The notes under the pieces: model-generated
What the model was told of the DNA's origin: nothing
Databases searched by the model: none
The model's input: the letters and a program-made list of their open reading frames with translations, nothing else
Made by a program: the position numbers and the translations under genes
NCBI GenBank assembly: GCA_963719995.1
Contig: CAVRDW010000005.1
Coordinates: 576,100 to 640,099, forward strand
Origin: an uncultured beta proteobacterium
Lineage (GTDB): Bacteria > Pseudomonadota > Gammaproteobacteria > Burkholderiales > SG8-39
Reading direction: 5' to 3'
Length of the DNA stretch: 64,000 bases
Shown: piece by piece, positions 9,221 through 18,829 of the stretch
Layout: each line of letters starts with the position of its first letter
Numbering within the stretch: position 1 is the first letter of the stretch

Positions 9221-10189
9221 ATGAAAGCCGCGTTGTTTCGCTGGGCAGCTGCCGCATGTTGCCTTGCGGCATTCGCCACCGCGCAGGCGCAGACCTTCCC
9301 GTCGAAGCCCGTGCGCATCGTCGTCAATTTCCCGCCGGGCGGCGCGGCCGACCAGATCGCGCGCCCGCTCGGCGCGGCGTTGCAGGAGAAGCTCGGCCAG
9401 CCTTTCATCGTGGAGAACAAGCCAGGCGCCAACGGCCACATCGGGGTCACCGAGGTGGCCAAGCAGCCCGCCGACGGCTACACCCTGCTGATGTCCTCGG
9501 GGGGTGCCATCACGGTGAACGGTCAGCTCAACCCGGCGATCGAACCCAACCCGATGAAGGCGCTCGAGCCCGTCGCGCCGGCCGCGGTGGTGAGCGTGTA
9601 CCTCGTGGTAAAGCCGGCGCTCCCGGCAAACACGATTGCGGAATTCGTCGCGCACGCGCGCGCCAATCCGGGGAAGCTCAACTACGGCTCGCCCGGTACG
9701 GGCAGCTCGCCGCACCTCGCCGGCGAGATGTTCAATAGCGCGGCCAAGGTGAAGACCACGCACGTGCCCTACAAAGGCGCGGCGCCGGTGATCACCGACC
9801 TGCTGGGTGGCCAGATCGACTTCACCTTCGATCCGGGCGTCGGCCTCCAGCACGTGAAGGCCGGCAAGCTCCGGCTCCTCGCCGTGGGCAGCCCGAAACG
9901 CCACCCCGCCTACCCGGATATCCCGACCGTCGGCGAGGCGCTCGGCGCCGAATTCGACGCCGACACGGTGTTCGGGCTCTACGCGCCCACCGGCACGCCG
10001 AAAGAGGTCCTCGCGCTGCTCAACCGCGAGATCAACGCCGCACTGCAGACCGCCGCGCTGCGCGAGCGCATGGCAGCGATCGCGGCACAGGGGCTGAGCC
10101 TCACGCCGGAAGCCTTTGCCGCGCGCAACGCATCCGAGTACCAGCGCATGGGCGCGCTGATCCGCGAGACCAGCCTGAGCGCCAAGTAG
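9221..10189 (+). CDS. Bug-family TctC-like substrate-binding protein
   Basis: Signal peptide, then FPSKPVRIVVNFPPGGAADQIAR...ENKPGANG...ADGYT...HVPYKGAAP. Confidence 0.9.
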   Translation: MKAALFRWAAAACCLAAFATAQAQTFPSKPVRIVVNFPPGGAADQIARPLGAALQEKLGQPFIVENKPGANGHIGVTEVAKQPADGYTLLMSSGGAITVNGQLNPAIEPNPMKALEPVAPAAVVSVYLVVKPALPANTIAEFVAHARANPGKLNYGSPGTGSSPHLAGEMFNSAAKVKTTHVPYKGAAPVITDLLGGQIDFTFDPGVGLQHVKAGKLRLLAVGSPKRHPAYPDIPTVGEALGAEFDADTVFGLYAPTGTPKEVLALLNREINAALQTAALRERMAAIAAQGLSLTPEAFAARNASEYQRMGALIRETSLSAK

Positions 10190-10241
10190 GCTCCCGCGAG
10201 CGTCGCTCCTTGCGCATGACCGGATCGAGAGGCCCCTAGCC

Positions 10242-11201
10242 TTGCGCGCCTGGTATCTCGTTCCCGGCGCGGCCGGGCTTGCCGCCGAACGGCGCGATGT
10301 CCCGGCTCCCGAGCCGGCGCCGGGCCAGATCCTCGTGCGCCTGCGCGCGGCGGGCCTGAACCGCGGCGAGCTCTTCGGCGCGAAGGGGCCTGCCAAGCCC
10401 GGCGGCAACGAGGGCGCAGGCGAAGTCGCAAAGCTCGGCGCCACCGTCACGGGCTTTCGCGTGGGAGAGCGCGTGATGGGGCGTTGCACCGGCGCCTTCG
10501 CCGAGTACGCGCTCATGGACGCGCGCGAAGCGATGCCGGTGCCCGAGCGCCTTTCGTGGGAGGAGGCGGCAGCGATACCGCTCGTGTTCTGCGTGGTGCA
10601 CGACATGCTGATCGGCCAGGGCGCGCTCAAGGCGGGCGAATGGCTGCTGGTGCTCGGCGTCACCTCCGGTGTCGGCGTGGCCGCGCTGCAGGCGGCCAAG
10701 GCACTGCGCGCGCACGTGATCGGCACCTCGGGCTCGGCGGACAAGCTCGCGAGGCTCAAGCCGCTCGGGCTCGACGTGGCGCTCGCGACGCGCAAGCCCG
10801 ACTTCCGCGACGCGGTGATGCAGGCCACGGCCGACCGCGGCGCCGATCTCGCGGTCAACGCGGTAGGCGGCACGATGTTCGCCGAATGCGTGCGCTCCCT
10901 CGCCTTCGAGGGGCGGCTCGCGGTCGTGGGCTACGTGGACGGCGTGCTCAAAGCCGAGATGGACCTGGAAGCCCTGCACGCGAAGCGCCTGCGCCTCTTC
11001 GGCGTGTCCAACAAGCTGCGCAATGCCGAGCAACGCGCCGAGACCGTGCGCGGCTTCGCGCGCGACCTGCTGCCCGCGCTCGCCGACGGCCGCATCAAGC
11101 CGCTCCTCGACCGCGTCTATCCCTTCGACGAATTTCCCGCCGCCAAGGCGCGCATGGAAGCCGACGCGCACGTCGGCAAGATCATCCTCAGTTGGCGGTG
11201 A
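10242..11201 (+). CDS. zinc-type/MDR-family NAD(P)H:quinone oxidoreductase
   Basis: ILVRLRAAGLNRGE, a GVTSGVGVAALQ Rossmann glycine motif and C-terminal HVGKIIL; 319 aa; TTG start. Confidence 0.8.
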   Translation: MRAWYLVPGAAGLAAERRDVPAPEPAPGQILVRLRAAGLNRGELFGAKGPAKPGGNEGAGEVAKLGATVTGFRVGERVMGRCTGAFAEYALMDAREAMPVPERLSWEEAAAIPLVFCVVHDMLIGQGALKAGEWLLVLGVTSGVGVAALQAAKALRAHVIGTSGSADKLARLKPLGLDVALATRKPDFRDAVMQATADRGADLAVNAVGGTMFAECVRSLAFEGRLAVVGYVDGVLKAEMDLEALHAKRLRLFGVSNKLRNAEQRAETVRGFARDLLPALADGRIKPLLDRVYPFDEFPAAKARMEADAHVGKIILSWR

Positions 11202-12151
11202 TGTTGGCCTCTTTCACTACACGCGCCCAGGTGTCGTATTCGCGCTTGATATAGGCGGCAAGCTGCTCGCGCGTGCTCGGCGCGGGCTCCATGCCCTGCG
11301 CCAGCAGCGCCTGGCGCACCGCGGGGTCGTTCAGGATCTTCACCAGTTCCCGGTTCCAGCGATCGACGATCTCGTTCGGCGTCTTTGCCGGCAGCACGTA
11401 GGCGTACCAGTTGGTCGCCTCGAACCCCGGCAGGCCGGACTCGGCAATGGTCGGCACGTCGGGCATGAACTCGGTGCGCTTCGCGCTCGTCACCGCGATG
11501 GCGTGGATCTTCCCCGCCTTGATGTGCGGCCCCGCCGAGATCGGCGTGGCGAAGATCGAGGCGATCTGCTTGCCGAGCAGGTCCTGCATCGCGGGCCCGC
11601 CGCCCTTGTAGGGCACGTGCACGATGTTCGCCTTGGACATCATGCGAAACAGCTCTCCCGAAAGGTGCCCGGCGCCGCCGATGCCGGAGGACCCGTAGGT
11701 GAGTCGCGCCCGGCTTCTCGTTGGCGAGCTTCGTGTACTCGGCGAGCGTGCGCGCGGGCACGCCGTCGTGCACCACCAGCACGTTGGCGAAGGTCACCGC
11801 CATCGTGACCGGCACGAGGTCCTTCAGCGGGTCGTAGGGCAGGTTCTTGATCATGTGCGGCGCCACCGTGAGCGGGCCGACCGAGCCGAGCAGGATGGTG
11901 TGGCCGTCAGGCGCGGCCTTGGCGACCTGCTCGTGGGCGATGTTGCCGCCCGCGCCGGCGCGGTTTTCCACGACCACCGACTGGCCGAGGCTTTCGGTGG
12001 CCGCCTTGGCGATGATGCGCGCTGCCGTATCCGTGCCGCCGCCCGGCGCGAAGCCGACGACCATCGTGACCGGCCGGCTTGGAAAGCCGCCTTGCGCCGC
12101 AGCGCCCGCCGCCGCGAGCGCGCCCAGCAATCCCGCAATGAGCTTCATCAT
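11188..12151 (-). pseudogene. Bug-family TctC-like binding protein, frame disrupted by one extra base near 11704 (pseudogene or assembly indel)
   Basis: The N-terminal half (MMKLIAGLL...FPSRPVTMVVGFAPGGGTDTAAR...LANEKPGA) is in one frame. The C-terminal half (LTYGSSGIGGAGHLSGELFRMMSKANIVHVPYKGGGP...ANITAN) is in another. The span is 964 nt (3n+1). Confidence 0.8.
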
Positions 12152-12153
12152 GG

Positions 12154-13347
12154 TCACACCGCCTTTCTGTCCCGAAGTACTGCGATCTCCGCCGCGCTGT
12201 AGCCCAGCTCCGCCAGCACTTCGCCCGTGTGCTCGCCCAGCTCGGGCGTCGCGCTCGCCATGGTTGCCGGGGTGCGCGACAGGCGCACCGCCTGGTTGAC
12301 GACGCGAAAGTTCCCGAGCTTCGGGTGCCTCACCTCCGCCGCCGCCTGGATGTGCTGCACCTGTGGGTCGGCGAACACCTGGTCCATGGCGTAGATCGGC
12401 CCGCAGGGCACGCCCGCGGCGTTCAGCGCCTCGATCCACTCGGCGCTCTTGTTCTTCGAGAGCGCCGTGTTCAGCTCGGCGTTGAGCGCCACGCGGTTTT
12501 TCGCGCGCGCGGGCTGGTCCTTGAACTCCGGCCGCCCGGTCAGATCCTCGCGGCCGATCGCCCTGCACAGCCGCTGCCACATGCCGTCCCCCGACGCCGC
12601 GACGTTGATGTGGCCATCCGCGGTCCTGTAGGCGCTCGTCGGCATGCTGGTCGGATGGTCGTTGCCCACCTGCGGCGGCACTTCGCCTTCCTTGAGATAG
12701 CGCGCCGCCTGGAAGTCGGCGAGCGCGATGGCGGCGTGCAGGAGCGAGCTCTGCACCCATTGCCCGCGCCCCGAGTGCTCGCGCTCCAGGAGCGCCGTCA
12801 TGACGCCGAGCGCCGCGAACAGGCCCGCGGTCACGTCCGCGATCGCGGCGCCGCTGCGCACCGGCCCCTGGCCCGGCATCCCGGTCACGGACATCAGTCC
12901 GCTCATGCCCTGGGCGATCTGGTCGAAGCCGGGCCGGTCCACGTACGGGCCGTCCTGGCCGAATCCGGAGATGCTGGCGAGGATGATGCGCGGGTTGATC
13001 TTCGCGAGCGATTCATAGTCCACGCCGAGCCGGTATTTCACGTCGGGGCGGTAGTTCTCGACCACCACGTCGGCGGTCTTCGCCAGCCGCGCGAACACTT
13101 CCCGGCCCTCGGCGAGCTTGAGGTTGAGGGTCATCGAGCGCTTGTTGCGGTGCAGGTTCTGGAAGTCCGAGCCGCTGCGCGGGCCGCCCATGCCCTCGTT
13201 CGGGTCTACGCCCGGCGGCGACTCGATCTTGATCACGTCGGCGCCGAAATCCGCGAGCTGGCGCACGCAGGTCGGCCCGGCGCGCACGCGCGACAGGTCG
13301 AGAACGCGAAGCTGCGAGAGGGCGCTTGAGGCGGCGATGCGCGGCAT
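12154..13347 (-). CDS. CaiB/BaiF family III CoA-transferase
   Basis: The internal Met of ORF 12154..14283 gives MPRIAASSALSQLRVLDLSRVRAGPTCVRQLADFGADVIKIE, plus NKRSMTLNLK and GFGQDGPY motifs. The stop lies 2 nt from the downstream TctC start. Confidence 0.9.
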   Translation of the reverse strand: MPRIAASSALSQLRVLDLSRVRAGPTCVRQLADFGADVIKIESPPGVDPNEGMGGPRSGSDFQNLHRNKRSMTLNLKLAEGREVFARLAKTADVVVENYRPDVKYRLGVDYESLAKINPRIILASISGFGQDGPYVDRPGFDQIAQGMSGLMSVTGMPGQGPVRSGAAIADVTAGLFAALGVMTALLEREHSGRGQWVQSSLLHAAIALADFQAARYLKEGEVPPQVGNDHPTSMPTSAYRTADGHINVAASGDGMWQRLCRAIGREDLTGRPEFKDQPARAKNRVALNAELNTALSKNKSAEWIEALNAAGVPCGPIYAMDQVFADPQVQHIQAAAEVRHPKLGNFRVVNQAVRLSRTPATMASATPELGEHTGEVLAELGYSAAEIAVLRDRKAV

Positions 13348-13370
13348 GTCGAATCCTGCTTTGTCGAGGT

Positions 13371-14663
13371 TTACTTGGAGATGATGCGGGTGTTGGCGAG
13401 GACCAGCCGGTCGACGAGGTTGCGCACCAGCGCGCGCGTGAGCTGCAGCTGGGCGCCGCCGCTCATCGCCTGCAGCGCCTCCGGCTGGAACTCGGCCAGC
13501 AGCAGCCGGGTCATCGACTCGACGGTGGCGTGGCGCGGCAGCTCGCCGCCCCAGATGTAGGCCATCTCGCCGAAGCACTCGCTGTGGTTGATGACGTTGA
13601 GCAGGCGCCCGCCCTTGGTGACCTTCACCTCGCCTTCGGCGAGGAAGAAGAAGCTGCGGCCCTTGTCGTTCTCGCGCAGGATGGTGCGGCCCTTGTCCAC
13701 GCGCGACCACTTGCCGGCGTTCACCAGCTCCCAGATCTCGGCGTCGGCGAGATCGGAGAGCATGTCCACGCCCTTGAGCGTCATGTACTTGTCGGTGTCG
13801 GGAATCGCGTTGGCGGGCAGCGTGAGGCCGACGATCTTCGAGAGTGCCTGCGCGAACTCGGCCCAGGTCGGGTAGCGCGCCTCGGGCTTCTTGCGCAGCG
13901 CGCGCAGGATCACCGGGTCGAGCTGCCTGGGCAGGTCGGCTCGCACCGCGCTCGGCGGCAGCGGCTCGAGCTCGGTGATCTTCCTGAGCAGCGCCTGCAG
14001 GTTCTCGGCCCGCAGCGGCCGCTGCCCGGTGAGCAGCTCGTAGAGCACCGCGCCCAGCGAGTACATGTCGCTGTGCAGGGTGAGCTCCGCGCCGGCGATC
14101 TGCTCCGGGGACATGTAATACGGCGAGCCCATCAGCGCCGTCTGCACGGCGTGGCTCTTGCGCAAGTACGCCGCGCCGAAGTCGGCGATCTTCACGTCGC
14201 TGCCCCTGGCGATCATGATGTTGGCCGGCTTGATGTCGCGGTGCACGATGCCTTCCTTGAAGGCGTAGTCGAGCGCGCCGCACACCTTGAAGCCGATCTG
14301 CAGCACGTCGGCCACCGGCAGGAGCTTGTCGGGGCTGGTGTAGGGCGTGAGGTCGCCCCCGGTGACCAGCTCCATCGCGATGTAGCCCGAGTCCTCGCCC
14401 ACCACGGCATCGAGGATGGAAACGATGTGCGGATGCTTGAGCTTGCCCGCGAGCGAGGCCTCGTTGAGAAACTGGCCGCGGAAGGCGGTGCCGAACTCGG
14501 GGTCGCGGAACACCTCCGGCTCGATGGTCTTGAGCGCCACCTCGCGTCCGGAAAAGGTGTCGCGGGCAAGGTACACCGTGCCGGTGGCGCCCTTGCCCAG
14601 CATCTTCTGGACGTCGTACTTCCCGACCTGCAGGCTCAGCCCCAGGTCCGCCACTGCAGTCAA
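13371..14663 (-). CDS. Ser/Thr protein kinase with C-terminal cyclic-nucleotide-binding domain
   Basis: Kinase motifs GKGATGTVY, VALK, HRDIKPANIMI and KIADFG. The C-terminal cNMP-binding pattern is FFFLAEGEVKV...ECFGEMAYI...RHATV. Confidence 0.9.
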   Translation of the reverse strand: MTAVADLGLSLQVGKYDVQKMLGKGATGTVYLARDTFSGREVALKTIEPEVFRDPEFGTAFRGQFLNEASLAGKLKHPHIVSILDAVVGEDSGYIAMELVTGGDLTPYTSPDKLLPVADVLQIGFKVCGALDYAFKEGIVHRDIKPANIMIARGSDVKIADFGAAYLRKSHAVQTALMGSPYYMSPEQIAGAELTLHSDMYSLGAVLYELLTGQRPLRAENLQALLRKITELEPLPPSAVRADLPRQLDPVILRALRKKPEARYPTWAEFAQALSKIVGLTLPANAIPDTDKYMTLKGVDMLSDLADAEIWELVNAGKWSRVDKGRTILRENDKGRSFFFLAEGEVKVTKGGRLLNVINHSECFGEMAYIWGGELPRHATVESMTRLLLAEFQPEALQAMSGGAQLQLTRALVRNLVDRLVLANTRIISK

Positions 14664-14763
14664 CGGTCAGCCTCCCGGAGCGCGATGTTACTGCATCGCG
14701 CCGCTTGCCGAGCGCACGCCCCCGGACGACAATCGGCTACTCCCAGGGTCCGGCCACAGGCAG

Positions 14764-15996
14764 ATGGCGCACAAGGAAGTCCCAGTCGAGTTCCTCGAGT
14801 TCGGCATGTTCGTGGCCAAGCTCGACCGGCCGTGGACGGAGACGCCTTTCGTGTTCCAGGGCTTCGTCCTGAAGACCGAGGAGCAGCTCGAGACGCTCAA
14901 GAAGTACTGCAAGAAGGTCTACGTCGACCCCGAGAAGCGCCAGGAGTCGGTGGCGGTCAAGCATCTCGCCTTGCCGCCCTCCACGCGCCAGGTGATCGCC
15001 GAGCAGTCCAGGGAAGTGGTGCGCGGCACGATTGTGTACAAGGAGCTCGCCACCGTCGAGGACGAGCTGCCGCGCGCGCGCACCGTCTTTGCGCAGACCA
15101 CCAGCATCGTCCAGACCATGTCGCGGGCGGTGGTAAGCGGCAACGCGCTCGACGGCGGCCGCGCCAAGCAGGCGGTGACCGAGATCACCGACTCGGTGAT
15201 CCGCAACCCGGACGCGATGATGCTGCTCGTCACGATGCGCGAAAGGGCGCAGGAAACGCTCAACCGCTCGACCCAGGTCTCGGTGTACATGACCGTGTTC
15301 GGCCGCTTCCTGCAGCTGGAGCGCGAGCGCCTGGAGCTGCTCGGCCTCATTGGCCTCTTGCAGGACGTGGGCATGCTCAAGCTCCCGTCCGGCATGCCCG
15401 CGCGGCGCGCCGACCTGACCTCGGCGGAGGAAGAGGCCTTCCGCACCCACGTCGAGAGCAGCGTGGAGATCCTCAGCCAGACCGCCGGCCTGCCGGCCGA
15501 ACTGCCGGGCTTTGCGTCGCTGCACCACGAGCGCTACGACGGCAGCGGCTACCCGAGGGGCCTCAAGGGCAGCGCGATCTCGCAGATCGGCGCCATTGCC
15601 GGCATCGTCGACACCTTCGACATGCTCACCGCCCCCGCCCCCTACGGCATGCAGATGCCGCCCTCCAACGCGTTGAACGTGCTCTTCCAGAACCGCGGCA
15701 CGCAGTTCCACGCCGCGCTGGTGGAGCAGTTCATCCAGTGCGTGGGCGCCTTCCCGGTGGGCAGCGTGGTGGAGCTCAACACCGGCGAGATCGGCGTGGT
15801 GATCACGCAGAACCTGGTCAAGCGCCTGCAGCCGCGCGTCATGGTAGTGCAGGACGCCAAGGGCACCCCGCTCCACCCCCACAAGATCCTCGACCTGATG
15901 AAGGAGCCGATGGCCGGCCCGGGCGAGCCCTACCGCATCCGGCGCACGCTCGACCAGGCCACGGTCCGCATCGATCCGAAAGAGCTGTTTCTGTGA
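14764..15996 (+). CDS. HD-GYP-type domain protein with DUF3391-like N-terminus; HD dyad degenerate (QD-GYP)
   Basis: The internal Met (residue 117 of ORF 14416..15996) gives MAHKEVPVEFLEFGMFVAKLDRPW. HHERYDGSGYPRGL is present. The usual LLHDIGK reads LLQDVGM, and the upstream conserved His position reads STQVSV. Confidence 0.8.
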   Translation: MAHKEVPVEFLEFGMFVAKLDRPWTETPFVFQGFVLKTEEQLETLKKYCKKVYVDPEKRQESVAVKHLALPPSTRQVIAEQSREVVRGTIVYKELATVEDELPRARTVFAQTTSIVQTMSRAVVSGNALDGGRAKQAVTEITDSVIRNPDAMMLLVTMRERAQETLNRSTQVSVYMTVFGRFLQLERERLELLGLIGLLQDVGMLKLPSGMPARRADLTSAEEEAFRTHVESSVEILSQTAGLPAELPGFASLHHERYDGSGYPRGLKGSAISQIGAIAGIVDTFDMLTAPAPYGMQMPPSNALNVLFQNRGTQFHAALVEQFIQCVGAFPVGSVVELNTGEIGVVITQNLVKRLQPRVMVVQDAKGTPLHPHKILDLMKEPMAGPGEPYRIRRTLDQATVRIDPKELFL

Positions 15997-17744
15997 GCGC
16001 GGCGGACGCCGCCGCCATCGAGCGCTTGATGCAGGACTTCGGCCTCGGCGACGAGGCCATCGCGGCGCTCAACGCACTCGGCGTCGCGCTACGCGCGCAG
16101 GCGCCCGAGTCGCTGATGGCGACGCGCGGCGAGAGCGCGCTCGCCGCCGCTGCGTCGCCGTTCTTCCTGCCGCTGCTGCCGGTCGCCATGTCGGACGCCC
16201 AGCGCGCGCTGGTGGAGGCGCTTTCCCTCGGCACGCTCAGCCACGCTTCGCTGCGCCAGCTGCTCGCCGAATGGGCGGAGAGCCTGAGCCCGGAGGAGAC
16301 CCACGAGCGCGCCCGGCGCGACTGCCTGCCGCTGCAGGACCTGCTGCGCGCGGGCGCGCTGCGGGTCTTCGCGCAAGACCCCGCGCACTGCGAGGCGGCG
16401 CTCGCCGCGTCCGAGCACCTGTGCGCGGCGCAGCTGGCGCGCCTTGCCGCGGCCGCGGTGCGCAGCGCGCCGGAGCGCGGCGACGGCGCTTCCGGCCAGG
16501 CCGCCATCACCGCGCAGCTCGACGCCTGCATTGCCGCGCGGCTCGCGGACGGCCAGCAGCTCGCGCTGCTCTACGTCGACTGCGGCGTCATCGACCGCAT
16601 CGACGGCGTGTGGGGATACCTCGTCGGCGACGCCGTGCGCGAGCGGCTCGGCGCGCGCCTCAGGAGCGAAGTGCTGCGCGAGCACGACCTGCTCGGCGAC
16701 CCTGGGCGCGACGCGTTCGCCTGCGTGCTCGCGACCCTGCAGGGCGCCGGCGTCGCGCTGCTCGCCGCGGAGAAGATCCTGCGCACGCTGGACGCGCCCC
16801 TGTGGGTGGACGTGAACGAGGTCTTCGCGCGGCCGGCGGTCGGCATCGCCCTTTACCCGGAGCACGCCGACAACGCGGTGGCGCTCTTGCAGCGCGCGCG
16901 CACCGCCAGCGGCGCGGCGCGCGACCGGCCGGAGCGCTTCGCGCTGTACTCGGCCGAGCAGGAGCGCGACGAGGCGGAGCTCCTGCTCTACGAGAACCGG
17001 CTGCGCGCGGCGATCGCCCAGGACGCGCTCGACATCGTGTTCCAGCCGCAGCTCGACCTGCGCTCGAACCTGATCGTCGGCGCCGAGAGCCAGCTGCGCT
17101 GGCGCGACGCGAAGCTCGGCGCCGTGCCGGTGGAGAAGGCGATCGCGGTGGCCGAGTCCGCGGGCCTGGTCAACGAGGTGACGTTGTGGCTGGTGAACGG
17201 CGCGCTGCGCAACTGCCGGCACTTCCGCGACGCGGCGGGCATGGACCTGCGCGTCGGCGTCAAGCTCTCGGCCAAGAGCCTGCGACAGTCCGACCTGCCC
17301 GACTTCGTCGGCAGCGCCTTGAAGACCTGGAACCTGCGCCCCAGCCGCCTGGCGCTCGAGATCACCGAGACGGCGATCCTCGCGAGGAGCCTCGAATCGG
17401 TGGAAACGCTTCAGGGGCTTCGCGCCGCGGGCGTGCGCCTGTGCCTGGACGACGCCGGCGCCGGCTATGCGGCGCTTTCCTGGCTCGCCACGCTGCCGTT
17501 CCACGAGCTGAAGATCGATCTCGCCGCGGTTGGCAACATCGCGGAAGTGCCGCAGAAGCTCGCGCTGGTGCGCTCGCTCATCGCGCTCGCGCACGAGCTC
17601 AAGCTGGAGGTGGTGGTGGCGGGCGTCGAGGACGAGGCCACCACGGCGATCCTGAAGCAGCTGCGCTGCGACTTCGCGCAAGGCCCCGCGATCGGCGCCC
17701 CGCTCGACGCCGCCGCTTTCATCAGGAAGCACCGTGCCGATTGA
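15993..17744 (+). CDS. degenerate GGDEF - EAL domain protein (probable c-di-GMP phosphodiesterase)
   Basis: The GTG start overlaps the upstream TGA (GTGA). The GGDEF position reads GRDAF. EAL-domain motifs present: FQPQLDL, LEITE, DDAGAGYAAL, LKID, VVAGVEDE and QG. The start is uncertain. Confidence 0.75.
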   Translation: MSAADAAAIERLMQDFGLGDEAIAALNALGVALRAQAPESLMATRGESALAAAASPFFLPLLPVAMSDAQRALVEALSLGTLSHASLRQLLAEWAESLSPEETHERARRDCLPLQDLLRAGALRVFAQDPAHCEAALAASEHLCAAQLARLAAAAVRSAPERGDGASGQAAITAQLDACIAARLADGQQLALLYVDCGVIDRIDGVWGYLVGDAVRERLGARLRSEVLREHDLLGDPGRDAFACVLATLQGAGVALLAAEKILRTLDAPLWVDVNEVFARPAVGIALYPEHADNAVALLQRARTASGAARDRPERFALYSAEQERDEAELLLYENRLRAAIAQDALDIVFQPQLDLRSNLIVGAESQLRWRDAKLGAVPVEKAIAVAESAGLVNEVTLWLVNGALRNCRHFRDAAGMDLRVGVKLSAKSLRQSDLPDFVGSALKTWNLRPSRLALEITETAILARSLESVETLQGLRAAGVRLCLDDAGAGYAALSWLATLPFHELKIDLAAVGNIAEVPQKLALVRSLIALAHELKLEVVVAGVEDEATTAILKQLRCDFAQGPAIGAPLDAAAFIRKHRAD

Positions 17745-17802
17745 CGCAGCGCTTGGAATCCCCGTGGAGATCGTGCAGCGTCTCAATGCAGAGGTGAACC
17801 GC

Positions 17803-18783
17803 ATGATCGCAAGGCCCGCGGTGATCGCGCGCTTCGCCGCATTCGTCCTGATCGCCGCGCTCTCCCAGGCGGCGGGGGCGCAGTCGAGCTACCCGCGCAA
17901 GCCGATCCTCATGCTGGTGCCGCTGCAGGCGGCAAGTGCGGTGGACAACGCCGCGCGCATCGTCGCGCAGAAGATGGCCGAGAACATGGGCCAGGCCATC
18001 GTCATCGAGAACCAGCCGGGCGCCGCCGGTCTGATCGGCGCCGAGCGCGTGGCGAAAGCGGCGCCCGATGGCTACGTCATCGGCGGTTTCAACGACAGCA
18101 TCATGACCATGCTGCCGAATGTCCACGCCAAGATGCCGTGGGACATCCTGCGCGATTTCGCGCCGGTGTCGCTCGTGGCAACGATGGAATGGGCGCTGGT
18201 CGCGCCGCCCGCCTCGCCCTACCGAAGCGCCGCGGACCTCATCGCAGCGGCAAAGGCAAGGCCCGGCGCGCTCAACTATTCCTCGGGCGGCAACGGCAGC
18301 CCGCAGCATGTGGCGATGGAGTTGTTCAAGTCGCGCGCCGGCATCTACATGACCCATATCCCTTACCGGGGTGCAGCCGCGGCCGCCGTGGACACCGCCT
18401 CCGGCATGGTGGACGCGAGCTTCTCCGGCATGCCCACGGTGTTCTCCATGATCAAAGGCGGCAAGGTGAAGCTGCTCGGCGTCGCGAGCCCGTCGCGCTC
18501 CGCGCTGTTCCCCGACGCACCCACGGTCGCCGAGGCCCTGCCCGGCTTCGCGTTCAATTCCAATTTCAGTCTGGTGGCGCCCGCGGGAACGCCCAAGGAC
18601 ATCGTGGCGCGGCTGAACGCGGAGGTCGTGCGCGCCACGAATGCGCCGGAGGTGCGCGAAAGGCTCGTCGCCCAGGGGTTCACGGTCAACGCGACCTCTC
18701 CCGAGGAGCTGGCGCGCTTCACGCGCGAGCAGCTTGCACGCTACGCCGAGCTGTTCCGGCAGGCAGGCATCCGCGCGGAATAG
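17803..18783 (+). CDS. Bug-family TctC-like substrate-binding protein
   Basis: Met 24 of ORF 17734..18783 gives the signal peptide MIARPAVIARFAAFVLIAALSQAAGA. This is followed by YPRKPILMLVP, ENQPGAAG, PDGYV and HIPYRGAAA. Confidence 0.85.
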   Translation: MIARPAVIARFAAFVLIAALSQAAGAQSSYPRKPILMLVPLQAASAVDNAARIVAQKMAENMGQAIVIENQPGAAGLIGAERVAKAAPDGYVIGGFNDSIMTMLPNVHAKMPWDILRDFAPVSLVATMEWALVAPPASPYRSAADLIAAAKARPGALNYSSGGNGSPQHVAMELFKSRAGIYMTHIPYRGAAAAAVDTASGMVDASFSGMPTVFSMIKGGKVKLLGVASPSRSALFPDAPTVAEALPGFAFNSNFSLVAPAGTPKDIVARLNAEVVRATNAPEVRERLVAQGFTVNATSPEELARFTREQLARYAELFRQAGIRAE

Positions 18784-18829
18784 GCTCAGTGGATCTTCAG
18801 CGGCGCTCGATCCCTTCGCAGCCCCCGCG

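Noticed and set aside
11698-11710. The single-base frame changes as programmed ribosomal frameshift sites.
   Set aside because: No slippery heptamer or downstream stimulatory structure is evident at any of the seven sites. The affected families (TctC, SCO1, MBL, DUF1501, DUF58) are not known to use recoding. Indel error or pseudogenisation is far more likely.
13326-17744. A very long 1472-aa ORF on the plus strand. Similar giant ORFs occur at 41473..44541 (1022 aa), 1735..4113 (792 aa) and 12154..14283 (709 aa).
   Set aside because: Their Arg/Ala/Pro/Gly-rich translations lack motifs and run antisense to, or out of frame with, genes that have clear family signatures. Stop-poor alternative frames are expected in very GC-rich DNA. 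Only the 3' part of 13326..17744 (from 15993) and the 3' part of 12154..14283 (up to 13347) are real genes.
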